Assembly (NCBI GenBank): GCA_037441845.1
Contig: JBBIRK010000002.1
Span: 94,854 to 158,853, forward strand
Source of the DNA: Candidatus Zixiibacteriota bacterium
GTDB taxonomy: Bacteria; Zixibacteria; MSB-5A5; UBA10806; 4484-95
DNA length: 64,000 bases
Direction of reading: 5' to 3'
Both the position numbers and the translations under genes were made by a program. Below are positions 19,648-28,176 of this stretch, piece after piece; the first letter of the stretch is position 1; every line of letters starts with the position of its first letter. The notes beneath the pieces are model-generated. The model searched no databases and was not told the DNA's origin. It worked only from the letters and a program-made list of their open reading frames with translations.

Positions 19648-21243
19648 TTACTGATTATATCTTTGCTTATACGAACTGCGGAGCGCCTCGGCCTCCTTTG
19701 GCGATAATCCCATCAGCCAAAGATGTTCGTCTTGGGTGAGGAACTCCTCGATTTTCCTTTGGTATTTCGCTTTCAAAGCCGGGCTCTTCAGCTCAGCCGT
19801 CTTTACCACCTCGGGAAGGAATTCCGTATAGAAATGCTTGGATACTTCATACATTCCGTGCCAGTGGGTATAGTCCGGCCCCATCATACTCGCCCCATGG
19901 CGCGCCCGCCTGCCTTCGTGATGCCAGAGTTCGTAGAATATCCATTGCAGGTCATGCTCGAAAGGCGCATCCGCTTTCAGAGCACCGTCCGCCAAAAGCT
20001 CATTCATGAATTGCTGCGCCGGCCTGGCGAACTTGTCGTTGTAAAGCGTGACCAAATCGTCATATTGCTTATAGAAATTATCGACATAGGTGTCATTATG
20101 GCAATTCAAACAGACGCCCTTCATGCTCTCCCGCCGGTCCTTCCAGGTGATTATTTTCGCCACAGCGCGTTCCACCTCGCGATTGACCAGCTTTTCGTTT
20201 TCCACGAACTTTTCGATCGTCTTCACCTTATCCCCGATTGCCGGCAACGCTCTGCCTTCGGGGTAATCTTCTTTGAATCCATCCTCGTAAATCACCAAAT
20301 TCAATTTGGTGCTGATGACCGGCCTCAAGGTCCAGCTTATCCTTTCCCCCACGTCGTGCGAATTGCCCACGGCTATCCCTTGCGGCGTCATGTAGCTTGA
20401 AATATGGCAGGTGGCGCAGGTGGGAGCGGCCGAGTAATCCCGCCCGAGAACCCAATCGCCGTCCTTGTCGAGCGCCATTCGATCGCGATTGGCGTAAAAT
20501 GCGATTCCATGCTTGGATTCGTTGTAGATTTCGATTTGCGGATGATCGGGACCCATGTGGCATTTGCCGCAATTCTCCGGCGATCGCGACAATTTCGCCT
20601 GGAAAGCGTGCCGCGAGTGACAAGCATGACACGACCCTTTCGATCCATCGGGATTCAATCTCCCCATGCCGCTGTTGGGCCAGGTGTTCGGATCGATGAC
20701 CGGCTTGTTTTCCTTGCCCGTCCTCAGGATCTCGCCGTTATCGTCGCGGGCGAATTTGACGATCGCCCCGTGGCATTGCCAGCAGCCGTTGACCGCATCG
20801 GCGATATTTCCCGGCTTGCCGGCCACTTTCTCAGCCAATACGTTGTCGAGGCTGGCTAAAATCTCCCCTGCGCGGGCGTGATGACTCTTGGAAAATTCGT
20901 CGTATTCACGGCTGTGACATTTCGCGCAATCGATCGGCGTAACCAAAGCCGATATATACACACCCTCATGCTGCCAGGCGTCGATATCGGTCTTTTGCGC
21001 GCTATGGCAATCGATACAGCCGACACCCAGTTGAGCATGGCGCGATATTTCCCATTCTTGAACCAGCGCCGGTGCGTCTTTGCGATGGCAATCGATACAG
21101 CCCTTATTGGCTCCAGTGATCACCGGCGTCTCGCCGGCTTCTATCCGATGCCGGCGTGATTCTTGATAGGCGACCAGAAGCAACGCCGCCAGAAAGAAAA
21201 CCGAAAGTATCGCCACCACGTATCTTTTGGCATTAAGAGTCAT
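19648..21243 (-). CDS. Octaheme c-type cytochrome, HAO-like (hydroxylamine oxidoreductase / octaheme nitrite reductase superfamily), N-terminally membrane anchored
   Basis: 531 aa. Eight CXXCH motifs: CIDCH, CIDCH, CAKCH, CWQCH, CHACH, CGKCH, CATCH and CLNCH. N-terminal hydrophobic anchor. Helical C-terminal third. Confidence 0.8.
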   Translation of the reverse strand: MTLNAKRYVVAILSVFFLAALLLVAYQESRRHRIEAGETPVITGANKGCIDCHRKDAPALVQEWEISRHAQLGVGCIDCHSAQKTDIDAWQHEGVYISALVTPIDCAKCHSREYDEFSKSHHARAGEILASLDNVLAEKVAGKPGNIADAVNGCWQCHGAIVKFARDDNGEILRTGKENKPVIDPNTWPNSGMGRLNPDGSKGSCHACHSRHAFQAKLSRSPENCGKCHMGPDHPQIEIYNESKHGIAFYANRDRMALDKDGDWVLGRDYSAAPTCATCHISSYMTPQGIAVGNSHDVGERISWTLRPVISTKLNLVIYEDGFKEDYPEGRALPAIGDKVKTIEKFVENEKLVNREVERAVAKIITWKDRRESMKGVCLNCHNDTYVDNFYKQYDDLVTLYNDKFARPAQQFMNELLADGALKADAPFEHDLQWIFYELWHHEGRRARHGASMMGPDYTHWHGMYEVSKHFYTEFLPEVVKTAELKSPALKAKYQRKIEEFLTQDEHLWLMGLSPKEAEALRSSYKQRYNQ

Positions 21244-21271
21244 TTCAATATCTCCTTCCGTTCGGTCTTGG

Positions 21272-22330
21272 TCATGCTAAACTCTCCCACACGGTCAGCA
21301 CCAGGAAAAGCAAGAATACGATCACCCCTATAACCACCGTGAATATTTCACTTAACTTGAACTTGCGCGAAAGCCATTGTTCGATGAAAGGCCAGAAAAA
21401 GATCCCGCCCATAATCAACATCGTGGCCACCACCGACACTTTAAGCGAGGTCATTTTCAGAAGTCGAAAATTGAAATAAAAAAACCATTCGGGTTTGATA
21501 TGCGCGGGCGTCACCGCGGGATCGGCCGGTTCCCCGAGTCCTGCGGGAAACACCAGCGCGAATATGGTCAATATGTACATCAACAATACCCCGATCGCCA
21601 GCTCGGTCGTTACGTGATCCGGCCAGAAACGGAAATGGCTCTGTTCCGCTGTCACCGATTCGCCCTCGAACCGCAGCTCCGTAACCCCCTGAAGTCGAAT
21701 CAATAAAATATGCAAAGCCAGCAATATGAACATAACCGTCGGCAACACCCCTATATGCAAGATATAAAACCGCGTTAGAGTATTTTCTCCTACCACGGGG
21801 CCGCCCCTCAGAAAATAAGCCACAGTCGACCCGATTAGCGGAATCGCCTCGGCCAGGTTGCAGGCCACGGTCGCGCCCCAGAAACTTTGCTGCTGGAAAA
21901 TCAACGAATAGCCGGTGAATCCGAAGGTCACGGTGGTGAGCAACAGGGCGACACCTATCAGCCAGTTCAATTGCCTCGGATGACGATAGGCGCCGGTCAA
22001 AAATACCCTGAGCATATGCAACAGAACCGCCACGATCATGAAATTCGCCGACCATTTATGCAGCGAACGGATAAACCAGCCGAATCGGATTTCATGGGTA
22101 ATCGTGGCCACGGTTTGATAGGCGTATTCCGCCGAGGGCACATAGTAAAATGTCAGCGCGATACCGGTGATCACCTGGACGATGAATAAATACAAAACCG
22201 TGCCGCCCAGGCAGAACCACCACTTTTTCAAATGATATGGAACCGGCTCGGCTCCCGCATGTCGCAAGAGCTCCCAGTCGAACGGAAACATCTCCTTCAG
22301 CGAGGTTACGATTTTTCTCGGCGACCTCAT
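21272..22330 (-). CDS. Cytochrome b (fused b6/subunit-IV type) of a Rieske/cyt b complex
   Basis: 352 aa. About 8 TM helices. The cytochrome b heme-ligand His pattern (HxxR...H) is visible as HKWSANFMIVAVLLHMLR, and a second His pair follows (YILHIG, LALHILL). A PEWF Qo-site motif is present. Confidence 0.85.
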   Translation of the reverse strand: MRSPRKIVTSLKEMFPFDWELLRHAGAEPVPYHLKKWWFCLGGTVLYLFIVQVITGIALTFYYVPSAEYAYQTVATITHEIRFGWFIRSLHKWSANFMIVAVLLHMLRVFLTGAYRHPRQLNWLIGVALLLTTVTFGFTGYSLIFQQQSFWGATVACNLAEAIPLIGSTVAYFLRGGPVVGENTLTRFYILHIGVLPTVMFILLALHILLIRLQGVTELRFEGESVTAEQSHFRFWPDHVTTELAIGVLLMYILTIFALVFPAGLGEPADPAVTPAHIKPEWFFYFNFRLLKMTSLKVSVVATMLIMGGIFFWPFIEQWLSRKFKLSEIFTVVIGVIVFLLFLVLTVWESLA

Positions 22331-22833
22331 ACTTTTCCCCCGACGCTGACATCGTCCACCTCGATATAAACGACACCGCTCGTCTCATCTACGGTGACGA
22401 CCACTTCGTCAAGTCTTTGTCCGGCGTCGCCCGGAGGACCGGCGATCGCTTTTCCGCTCGGGTCGAAAACTCCGTTGTGACAAGGGCAGAAAAACCGGCT
22501 GTTTTCTTCTTCCCAATGGACACTGCAGCCCAAATGCGGACAGCGCGAACTGAATGCTTTGAATCCGGATTCATCGCGCTTGACAAGGATTACTTTCCCT
22601 TGAAGGTCGTAAAATTGCCTTACCTTGCCCACTTCATATTGATCTATATTGCCGGCGAAAAGCTTGCGTTTCTTGACCCCGGTCCGTTGAGGCATCAGAA
22701 ACAACGCACCCTGAACTCCCAACAAACCGTAGCTTAAGAGTATTCCCGCCCCGGCCAAAAGCGAGGCCAACCACTGGCGCCGATTAAGCGGCTTCGATTC
22801 TTCCATATCGTGACCTCCGGAAAACGCCCGCAT
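22327..22833 (-). CDS. Rieske [2Fe-2S] protein with twin-arginine signal
   Basis: CPHLGC ... CPCHNG Rieske boxes. NRRQWL Tat motif. Overlaps the cyt b start by 4 nt. Alternative start at 22806. Confidence 0.88.
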   Translation of the reverse strand: MRAFSGGHDMEESKPLNRRQWLASLLAGAGILLSYGLLGVQGALFLMPQRTGVKKRKLFAGNIDQYEVGKVRQFYDLQGKVILVKRDESGFKAFSSRCPHLGCSVHWEEENSRFFCPCHNGVFDPSGKAIAGPPGDAGQRLDEVVVTVDETSGVVYIEVDDVSVGGKV

Positions 22834-22953
22834 TTTCGGGCTTTGGCGATCTTTGTAGTTTATTCGAGATCATTCAGCTCTATCATTTTCAGCCGCCTTC
22901 GTGGAACTAATGCAACCGCTTGTGATATTGTATTATTTCCTATCGCTAAGTCT

Positions 22954-22967
22954 TTGACTTAAGTCAA
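22954..22967. promoter_or_regulatory. Perfect 14-bp palindrome TTGACTTAAGTCAA (Crp/Fnr-family type site) upstream of the Rieske operon
   Basis: The palindrome is read directly from the sequence. Its spacing is TTGAC-N4-GTCAA, like the FNR/Crp consensus TTGAT-N4-ATCAA. It lies between the crp/fnr stop and the Rieske start. Confidence 0.5.
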
Positions 22968-22973
22968 TCTTTC

Positions 22974-23648
22974 TCATTTTTCTCCGCGGGCCAACATTTC
23001 GAGCGCCGCCGGATTCAGCACTCGAATTGCGCTCCTCTCCACCCTTATAACCCCGGCCGTGCTCAATTTTCTAAGATTGCGGGAAAGCGTTTCGCCGACC
23101 GTGCCCAGTTTTTTCGCCCACTCCGATTTAGTCATATCCAATTTTATGATGTTTCCACCGCCGGCACGGCATCTTTCGATCAAACTCGCCGCTATTCTTG
23201 CGGACACATCTTTCAAGGCAAGATTGTCGATCAATTGGCTCATTATCCGAAGGTGGCTGCAGAGCGCCTGAATCATCTTCAATCCGACCGCCGGCGATTT
23301 CGCCAGAAGCCGCAAAAATGCGTCGCGCGGACAAAACAGCACTACCGAATCCGCCTGTGCGATACAATTGGCCGGATACTGCCGCCCGTCGAACATCGCG
23401 ACCTCCCCGAAAATCTCCCCCGACTGCGCCAATCGGATAATGACCTCACGACCTTCCGCCGACGACTTGAATATCCTCACCTTGCCATCGAGCAAAACAA
23501 AAAACCCGGTCGCTTCGTCCCCCTCCATGAAAAGCATCTGGCCGCGCGACAACCTTCGAACGGACGTGGCATGGGCGAGATTTGCCAATTCCTTTTTCTC
23601 CAATCCGGCGAATAGATGGCAGTTTTCCAGGAGAGTCGTTGTCCTCAT
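22974..23648 (-). CDS. Crp/Fnr family transcriptional regulator
   Basis: 224 aa. cNMP-binding domain with GEIFGE, and a C-terminal HTH TRQDLANYLG-type region. No N-terminal 4-Cys cluster, so it is not a classical FNR. Confidence 0.8.
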   Translation of the reverse strand: MRTTTLLENCHLFAGLEKKELANLAHATSVRRLSRGQMLFMEGDEATGFFVLLDGKVRIFKSSAEGREVIIRLAQSGEIFGEVAMFDGRQYPANCIAQADSVVLFCPRDAFLRLLAKSPAVGLKMIQALCSHLRIMSQLIDNLALKDVSARIAASLIERCRAGGGNIIKLDMTKSEWAKKLGTVGETLSRNLRKLSTAGVIRVERSAIRVLNPAALEMLARGEK

Positions 23649-23705
23649 CCGTATCTTTATAAATCATATTTGTATCGGTTTCCAGCATTTTATTATAGCG
23701 ACAGA

Positions 23706-23735
23706 AATAAAAAAACCCGGGGCGGTTACCCCGGG
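23706..23735 (-). terminator. Rho-independent terminator downstream of T9SS paralog 1
   Basis: 7-bp GC stem CCCGGGG/CCCCGGG with a 6-nt loop, followed by a U-run on the minus strand. Confidence 0.7.
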
Positions 23736-23758
23736 CTACCCCACGGCAATAAGCGTGT

Positions 23759-24646
23759 TTATTTTAGCAGCATCATCTCCCTGGTTTGAACGAAATCCCC
23801 AGCGCTTAACCTATAAAAATACGCCCCCGAGGGAACCGGCTCGCCCGAATCGTTGGTACCATTCCACGAAAATGTGTGAGTTCCCGCCCCCAATGTCCCC
23901 GAGTAAATGGTATTTATTTTTTGTCCAAGAAGATTGAACACTTCGAGCGACACCCGACCCGATTGCGGTATGAGAAATTCTATGTTCGTAGTAGGATTGA
24001 ATGGATTCGGAAAATTCTGCTTCAAAATATAGTCGGTCGGCAAACCCGACACGTCGTCTATCCCGGTTCCCACACCGTAATTGAACGAACCCGGCACGAT
24101 TCTCGGCGTGAAACTGTTCGCGCCGTCCGGCATACCGAAATTGGCGCTTCCCGCGCGCCGATCGCGGGTAGTATCTATGGTCACTATCTGCCTGACCGCA
24201 GTCGGCCTGATCTTGAAAATCATTTCCATGCCGACCACTCGTTGCAATCCTGTATAAAGCGGCGGATTATCCGGTCCGCCCAGATCGGACCAGCCGATTA
24301 TGCTGGCGAAATTGCTGTCCTGGCTGATTCTATACCAAGTGTCATCCCAGCCGCTGAACGCCTCACGCCAAAGTATCGAGTCAAGATAAATCTGGTCATC
24401 GGTCGACGTCCACATCGTGGGCAACGTGAAATCGCTCACCGAGTCATCGGTCACGAAATTAACTTCGACCACCACTCGCGACCAGTTTCCCGGATTATAA
24501 GGGACGTAAATGCCGCTTTGATAAATGACCGTATCCGGAACCCCCGGATCCACTGCATATGCCGATAGGGCCAGCATGGCAACCATTAAAGAGACTACTG
24601 CTGATGCTTTCATCGAGGAAACCTCCCTGCTATGGCTAATGCCCAA
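23759..24646 (-). CDS. Secreted protein of unknown function with T9SS C-terminal sorting domain (paralog 1 of 4)
   Basis: 295 aa. Signal peptide. Shares a conserved N-terminal domain of about 150 aa with the next three genes. C-terminus NFPNPFNP...SGAYFYRL...MMLLK is a type-A T9SS CTD. Confidence 0.75.
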   Translation of the reverse strand: MGISHSREVSSMKASAVVSLMVAMLALSAYAVDPGVPDTVIYQSGIYVPYNPGNWSRVVVEVNFVTDDSVSDFTLPTMWTSTDDQIYLDSILWREAFSGWDDTWYRISQDSNFASIIGWSDLGGPDNPPLYTGLQRVVGMEMIFKIRPTAVRQIVTIDTTRDRRAGSANFGMPDGANSFTPRIVPGSFNYGVGTGIDDVSGLPTDYILKQNFPNPFNPTTNIEFLIPQSGRVSLEVFNLLGQKINTIYSGTLGAGTHTFSWNGTNDSGEPVPSGAYFYRLSAGDFVQTREMMLLK

Positions 24647-25005
24647 AGCATGATATTATTTTCATTAACCATCCTTGTCAAAAATCGTTCCCAAAATCAA
24701 ATTGATTGTGGCCATGCCTACCCATTCGGCAAGTATGGGAACTTTCCCATAATCGTCGCGATAACTTGATTTTCATGAACGAAATATCATTCAGATGCAT
24801 TCCTTGCCGCCGTTTAATTCAATCTACCAGGCTTGTGATTGCTTGATTAATTTAAGGGATAGCACGGCCGTTTTTCTTAATTTCAGTAAAACTTATGAAA
24901 ATCGGTGCAGTCTGTGCGAATAATTTCGTAGCTCGGAAACGAAAACGCCGCTCATCGATGCCATCAGAATCGAATTCGATTTATCAGCCAAAGATATGCT
25001 GGTTT

Positions 25006-25863
25006 TCAGCGAAGCAGAATCATCGTTTTTGTCTCAACGAAACCGCCGGCGGTTAACCGATAGAAATAAACCCCCGAGGGCATCACGGCGCCGGATTCGT
25101 TGCGGCCGTCCCAACGAACGGTGTAGAAACCTGCCTCCCGCTTCCCCCCGACAAGAGTGATTACTTTCTGACCCAGAAGGTTATATATCTCGAGCGCAAC
25201 CTCGGCGGATATCGGCAACTGGAAATCTATACTCGTCTCTGGATTGAACGGATTAGGATAATTCCGGCCAAGCGCGAATTCCTCGGGCAGCGGGCTATCC
25301 TCGCCATCAACACCCGTCGGATACTGATATCTGATAAAACCGCTTCTGAATGCGGGCACGAACGAATACCATCCGTGGGGACCTCCGAAATCTATCGCCC
25401 CGTTTATCGGATCGGTAGTGGTATCGATAACTACGAACTGCTGGCATTCGGCTCCTTGAAGTATCACGAAACGGAGATCCATCCCCCATAACCTTTGCCC
25501 ATTGGTCAATAGCGGCGGATTATCGTCTCCGCCGATATCGGCGAAAGCTATTTGCCTCAGCAAGTTTTGGGCTAACAAAAGAGTATCGTAACAATCATCC
25601 CATTCGGTAAACGTCTCCCGCCAAACCGTACGTCCCGGAAAAATCCTGCCGTCCGTCGAGGTCCAGCGCAGCGGCAGATTCACCCAGACGATCGAATCAT
25701 CGGTGACGAACCATACGTGCACGTAAACCGTGCCGCCGTTAGGCATGCATTCAACGTTAATAGTGTCTATTATGACGCTGTCTCGCGCCCCCGGATCCTG
25801 CGCATAGGCAGCCAAGGTCAATCCGATTATCATCACCATCGCCACATACATTAATTTATTCAT
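25006..25863 (-). CDS. Secreted T9SS-sorted protein, paralog 2 of 4
   Basis: Start at the internal Met with signal peptide (MNKLMYVAMVMI...). Conserved DPGARDSVIIDT...FVTDDS...GGDDNPPLL...WGMDLRF core. C-terminal NYPNPFNP...VYFYRL...MILLR CTD. Confidence 0.75.
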   Translation of the reverse strand: MNKLMYVAMVMIIGLTLAAYAQDPGARDSVIIDTINVECMPNGGTVYVHVWFVTDDSIVWVNLPLRWTSTDGRIFPGRTVWRETFTEWDDCYDTLLLAQNLLRQIAFADIGGDDNPPLLTNGQRLWGMDLRFVILQGAECQQFVVIDTTTDPINGAIDFGGPHGWYSFVPAFRSGFIRYQYPTGVDGEDSPLPEEFALGRNYPNPFNPETSIDFQLPISAEVALEIYNLLGQKVITLVGGKREAGFYTVRWDGRNESGAVMPSGVYFYRLTAGGFVETKTMILLR

Positions 25864-25984
25864 TGGCGCTCCTTGCCGGATTATTATAGCATTCCCTAAA
25901 AGGTCAATATCCCTCGATGGAGTTCCATCCAATTGTCTTACAACGTTATTTTAATCTCCCCTTAAGGAGATTGTCAAGCGCAAT

Positions 25985-26015
25985 AAAAAAACACCACGCC
26001 GAATTCGACGTGGTG
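25985..26015 (-). terminator. Rho-independent terminator of paralog 3 (identical copy at 27053-27084)
   Basis: CACCACG/CGTGGTG stem followed by a 7-nt U-run on the minus strand. Confidence 0.7.
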
Positions 26016-26392
26016 TTGAGGTTGATCGTAATCGCCGGGCTATCGATTCAAAAGCCCCCGCCATCATTCCTCAGCGAAGCATTATCATCTTGTTGGTCTT
26101 GACGAAATCGCCGGCCGTCATCCGATAAAAATATACTCCCGACGGCACCAAGTCACCCGAATCGTTGGTCCCGTTCCAACGCACCGTATGATAACCCGCC
26201 TCACGATAGTCCGATACCAACGTCTTAACCTTCTGACCCAGCAGATTGTAAACTTCCAACGTTACATTGGTGGCCGAGGGCAGCCGGAATTCGATATTGG
26301 TCTCCGGATTGAACGGGTTGGGATAATTCTGCATCAAGGCGATCTCCGTAGGCAACGCCGTCGGCGTATCTCCGATACCTGTGGCACCGCCG
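25985..26392. repeat. About 408-bp near-identical direct repeat, copy A (3' end of paralog 3 plus terminator)
   Basis: Hand alignment: one mismatch (ccgatacc versus ccaatacc) against 27054-27462. Confidence 0.85.
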
Positions 26393-26925
26393 TACCTGAG
26401 AAATCCTCTCTTTAGAGCCGGCACGAAATCATAGTCGCCGCGCGGCCCGCCGAAACCCACCGTGCCGTTTCTCGGGTCCCTAACGGTATCGACCCAGACG
26501 AATTGCGGCGTCGCACCCGGGAATATCACGAACCGCAAATCCATTCCCCAGAGCCTTTGGCCGGCGGTTAGCAATGGGGGATTATCAGCGCCGCCTACAT
26601 CGGCAAAAGCGACCTGTCGTAATAGACGTTCGGCGACGAGCAGCGTATCGTATCGCTCGTCCCACTGATTAAAAACTTCGCGCCAAACCGTGTGCCCCGG
26701 AATTATAAGATTATCCGGCGATGTCCATGTGATAGGCAGATTGACGAACATAATCGAATCATCGGTGACGAAATAGACATGGATATAACGGGTTCCTCCG
26801 CCGGGCAACAAATCCACGTTTACCGTGTCGATGATCAAACTATCGCGGGCGCCCGGATCCTGGGCATCGGCGATAGCAGCCGCCGCAAGCACAATTGCCA
26901 AAATTATGCTATACCATTTCCTCAT
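26071..26925 (-). CDS. Secreted T9SS-sorted protein, paralog 3 of 4
   Basis: 284 aa. About 85% identical to paralog 4 over the N-terminal 175 aa, and 100% identical over the C-terminal ~105 aa. Confidence 0.8.
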   Translation of the reverse strand: MRKWYSIILAIVLAAAAIADAQDPGARDSLIIDTVNVDLLPGGGTRYIHVYFVTDDSIMFVNLPITWTSPDNLIIPGHTVWREVFNQWDERYDTLLVAERLLRQVAFADVGGADNPPLLTAGQRLWGMDLRFVIFPGATPQFVWVDTVRDPRNGTVGFGGPRGDYDFVPALKRGFLRYGGATGIGDTPTALPTEIALMQNYPNPFNPETNIEFRLPSATNVTLEVYNLLGQKVKTLVSDYREAGYHTVRWNGTNDSGDLVPSGVYFYRMTAGDFVKTNKMIMLR

Positions 26926-27052
26926 CTTTGGCTCCTTTCCAAGAAATTACAAGGAAACTACATCCGCCTTTGATATTCCCCGTTGTATATCATCATAATA
27001 TATAACTATATTAGTTTATAATCCGCTTCATAAAACTGTCAAGAAGAATCGA

Positions 27053-27084
27053 AAAAAAACACCACGCCGAATTCGACGTGGTGT
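27053..27084 (-). terminator. Rho-independent terminator of paralog 4
   Basis: Identical hairpin and U-run to the 25985-26015 copy. Confidence 0.7.
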
Positions 27085-27462
27085 TGAGGTTGATCGTAAT
27101 CGCCGGGCTATCGATTCAAAAGCCCCCGCCATCATTCCTCAGCGAAGCATTATCATCTTGTTGGTCTTGACGAAATCGCCGGCCGTCATCCGATAAAAAT
27201 ATACTCCCGACGGCACCAAGTCACCCGAATCGTTGGTCCCGTTCCAACGCACCGTATGATAACCCGCCTCACGATAGTCCGATACCAACGTCTTAACCTT
27301 CTGACCCAGCAGATTGTAAACTTCCAACGTTACATTGGTGGCCGAGGGCAGCCGGAATTCGATATTGGTCTCCGGATTGAACGGGTTGGGATAATTCTGC
27401 ATCAAGGCGATCTCCGTAGGCAACGCCGTCGGCGTATCTCCAATACCTGTGGCACCGCCGTA
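27054..27462. repeat. About 408-bp near-identical direct repeat, copy B (3' end of paralog 4 plus terminator)
   Basis: See copy A. Confidence 0.85.
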
Positions 27463-27993
27463 TCTCAGGTAACCTTTCTTAACCACCGGCCGGAACGACC
27501 AATTGCCGTTGGGACCGCCGAAATCGATCGAACCGTTTATGGGGTCGCGGGTCGTATCGACCCAAACGAACTGCGGCACCGCACCCGGGAATATCACGAA
27601 ACGCAAATCCATTCCCCAAAGCCGCTGTCCGTTGGTCAAAAGCGGCGGATTATCGCTTCCACCGATATCAGCCCAGGCCACATGCCGAAGCAATCTCTGG
27701 GCAACCAACAGCGTGTCAAAATGATCGTCCCACTGAGTGAAGACCTCGCGCCAAACCGTGTGGCCGGGTATGATAAGATTATCCGGCGATGTCCAAGTTA
27801 TAGGCAGATTTACGAACATAATCGAATCATCGGTGACGAAATAGACATGGACATAACGGGTTCCTCCACCCGGTAACAAATCCACGTTAATCGTGTCGAT
27901 GATGACCGTGTCGCGTATGCCTGGATCCTGGGCAAATGCCCCAAAAGCCATCAACAGCACAAGCCCGGCCGCAACAAAAACCAACCTCTTCAT
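27139..27993 (-). CDS. Secreted T9SS-sorted protein, paralog 4 of 4
   Basis: 284 aa. Signal peptide, conserved core domain and identical CTD. AT-rich promoter region upstream (27994-28176). Confidence 0.8.
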   Translation of the reverse strand: MKRLVFVAAGLVLLMAFGAFAQDPGIRDTVIIDTINVDLLPGGGTRYVHVYFVTDDSIMFVNLPITWTSPDNLIIPGHTVWREVFTQWDDHFDTLLVAQRLLRHVAWADIGGSDNPPLLTNGQRLWGMDLRFVIFPGAVPQFVWVDTTRDPINGSIDFGGPNGNWSFRPVVKKGYLRYGGATGIGDTPTALPTEIALMQNYPNPFNPETNIEFRLPSATNVTLEVYNLLGQKVKTLVSDYREAGYHTVRWNGTNDSGDLVPSGVYFYRMTAGDFVKTNKMIMLR

Positions 27994-28176
27994 GATAGGC
28001 TCCTATTGGTTAAAGTTAAACAAAAGATTCTTTCGCAGCTAAACCCCTAATCCCAACCGAAAAGCTGGGATTACATACTATCAATTATGTAAATATTATA
28101 CTTCGTTTTGAAATTATGTCAAGTATTTTTTAAGTCAAAAAATTATAATAAATTAGAGGATGTTGAATACCCACTG

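Noticed and set aside
27994-28176. Sigma-54 -24/-12 promoter upstream of paralog 4
   Set aside because: The best candidate by eye (GG-N9-GC in ggggtttagctgc on the minus strand) has the wrong spacing and a poor match to TGGCAC-N5-TTGC. It is left as a check, not a call.
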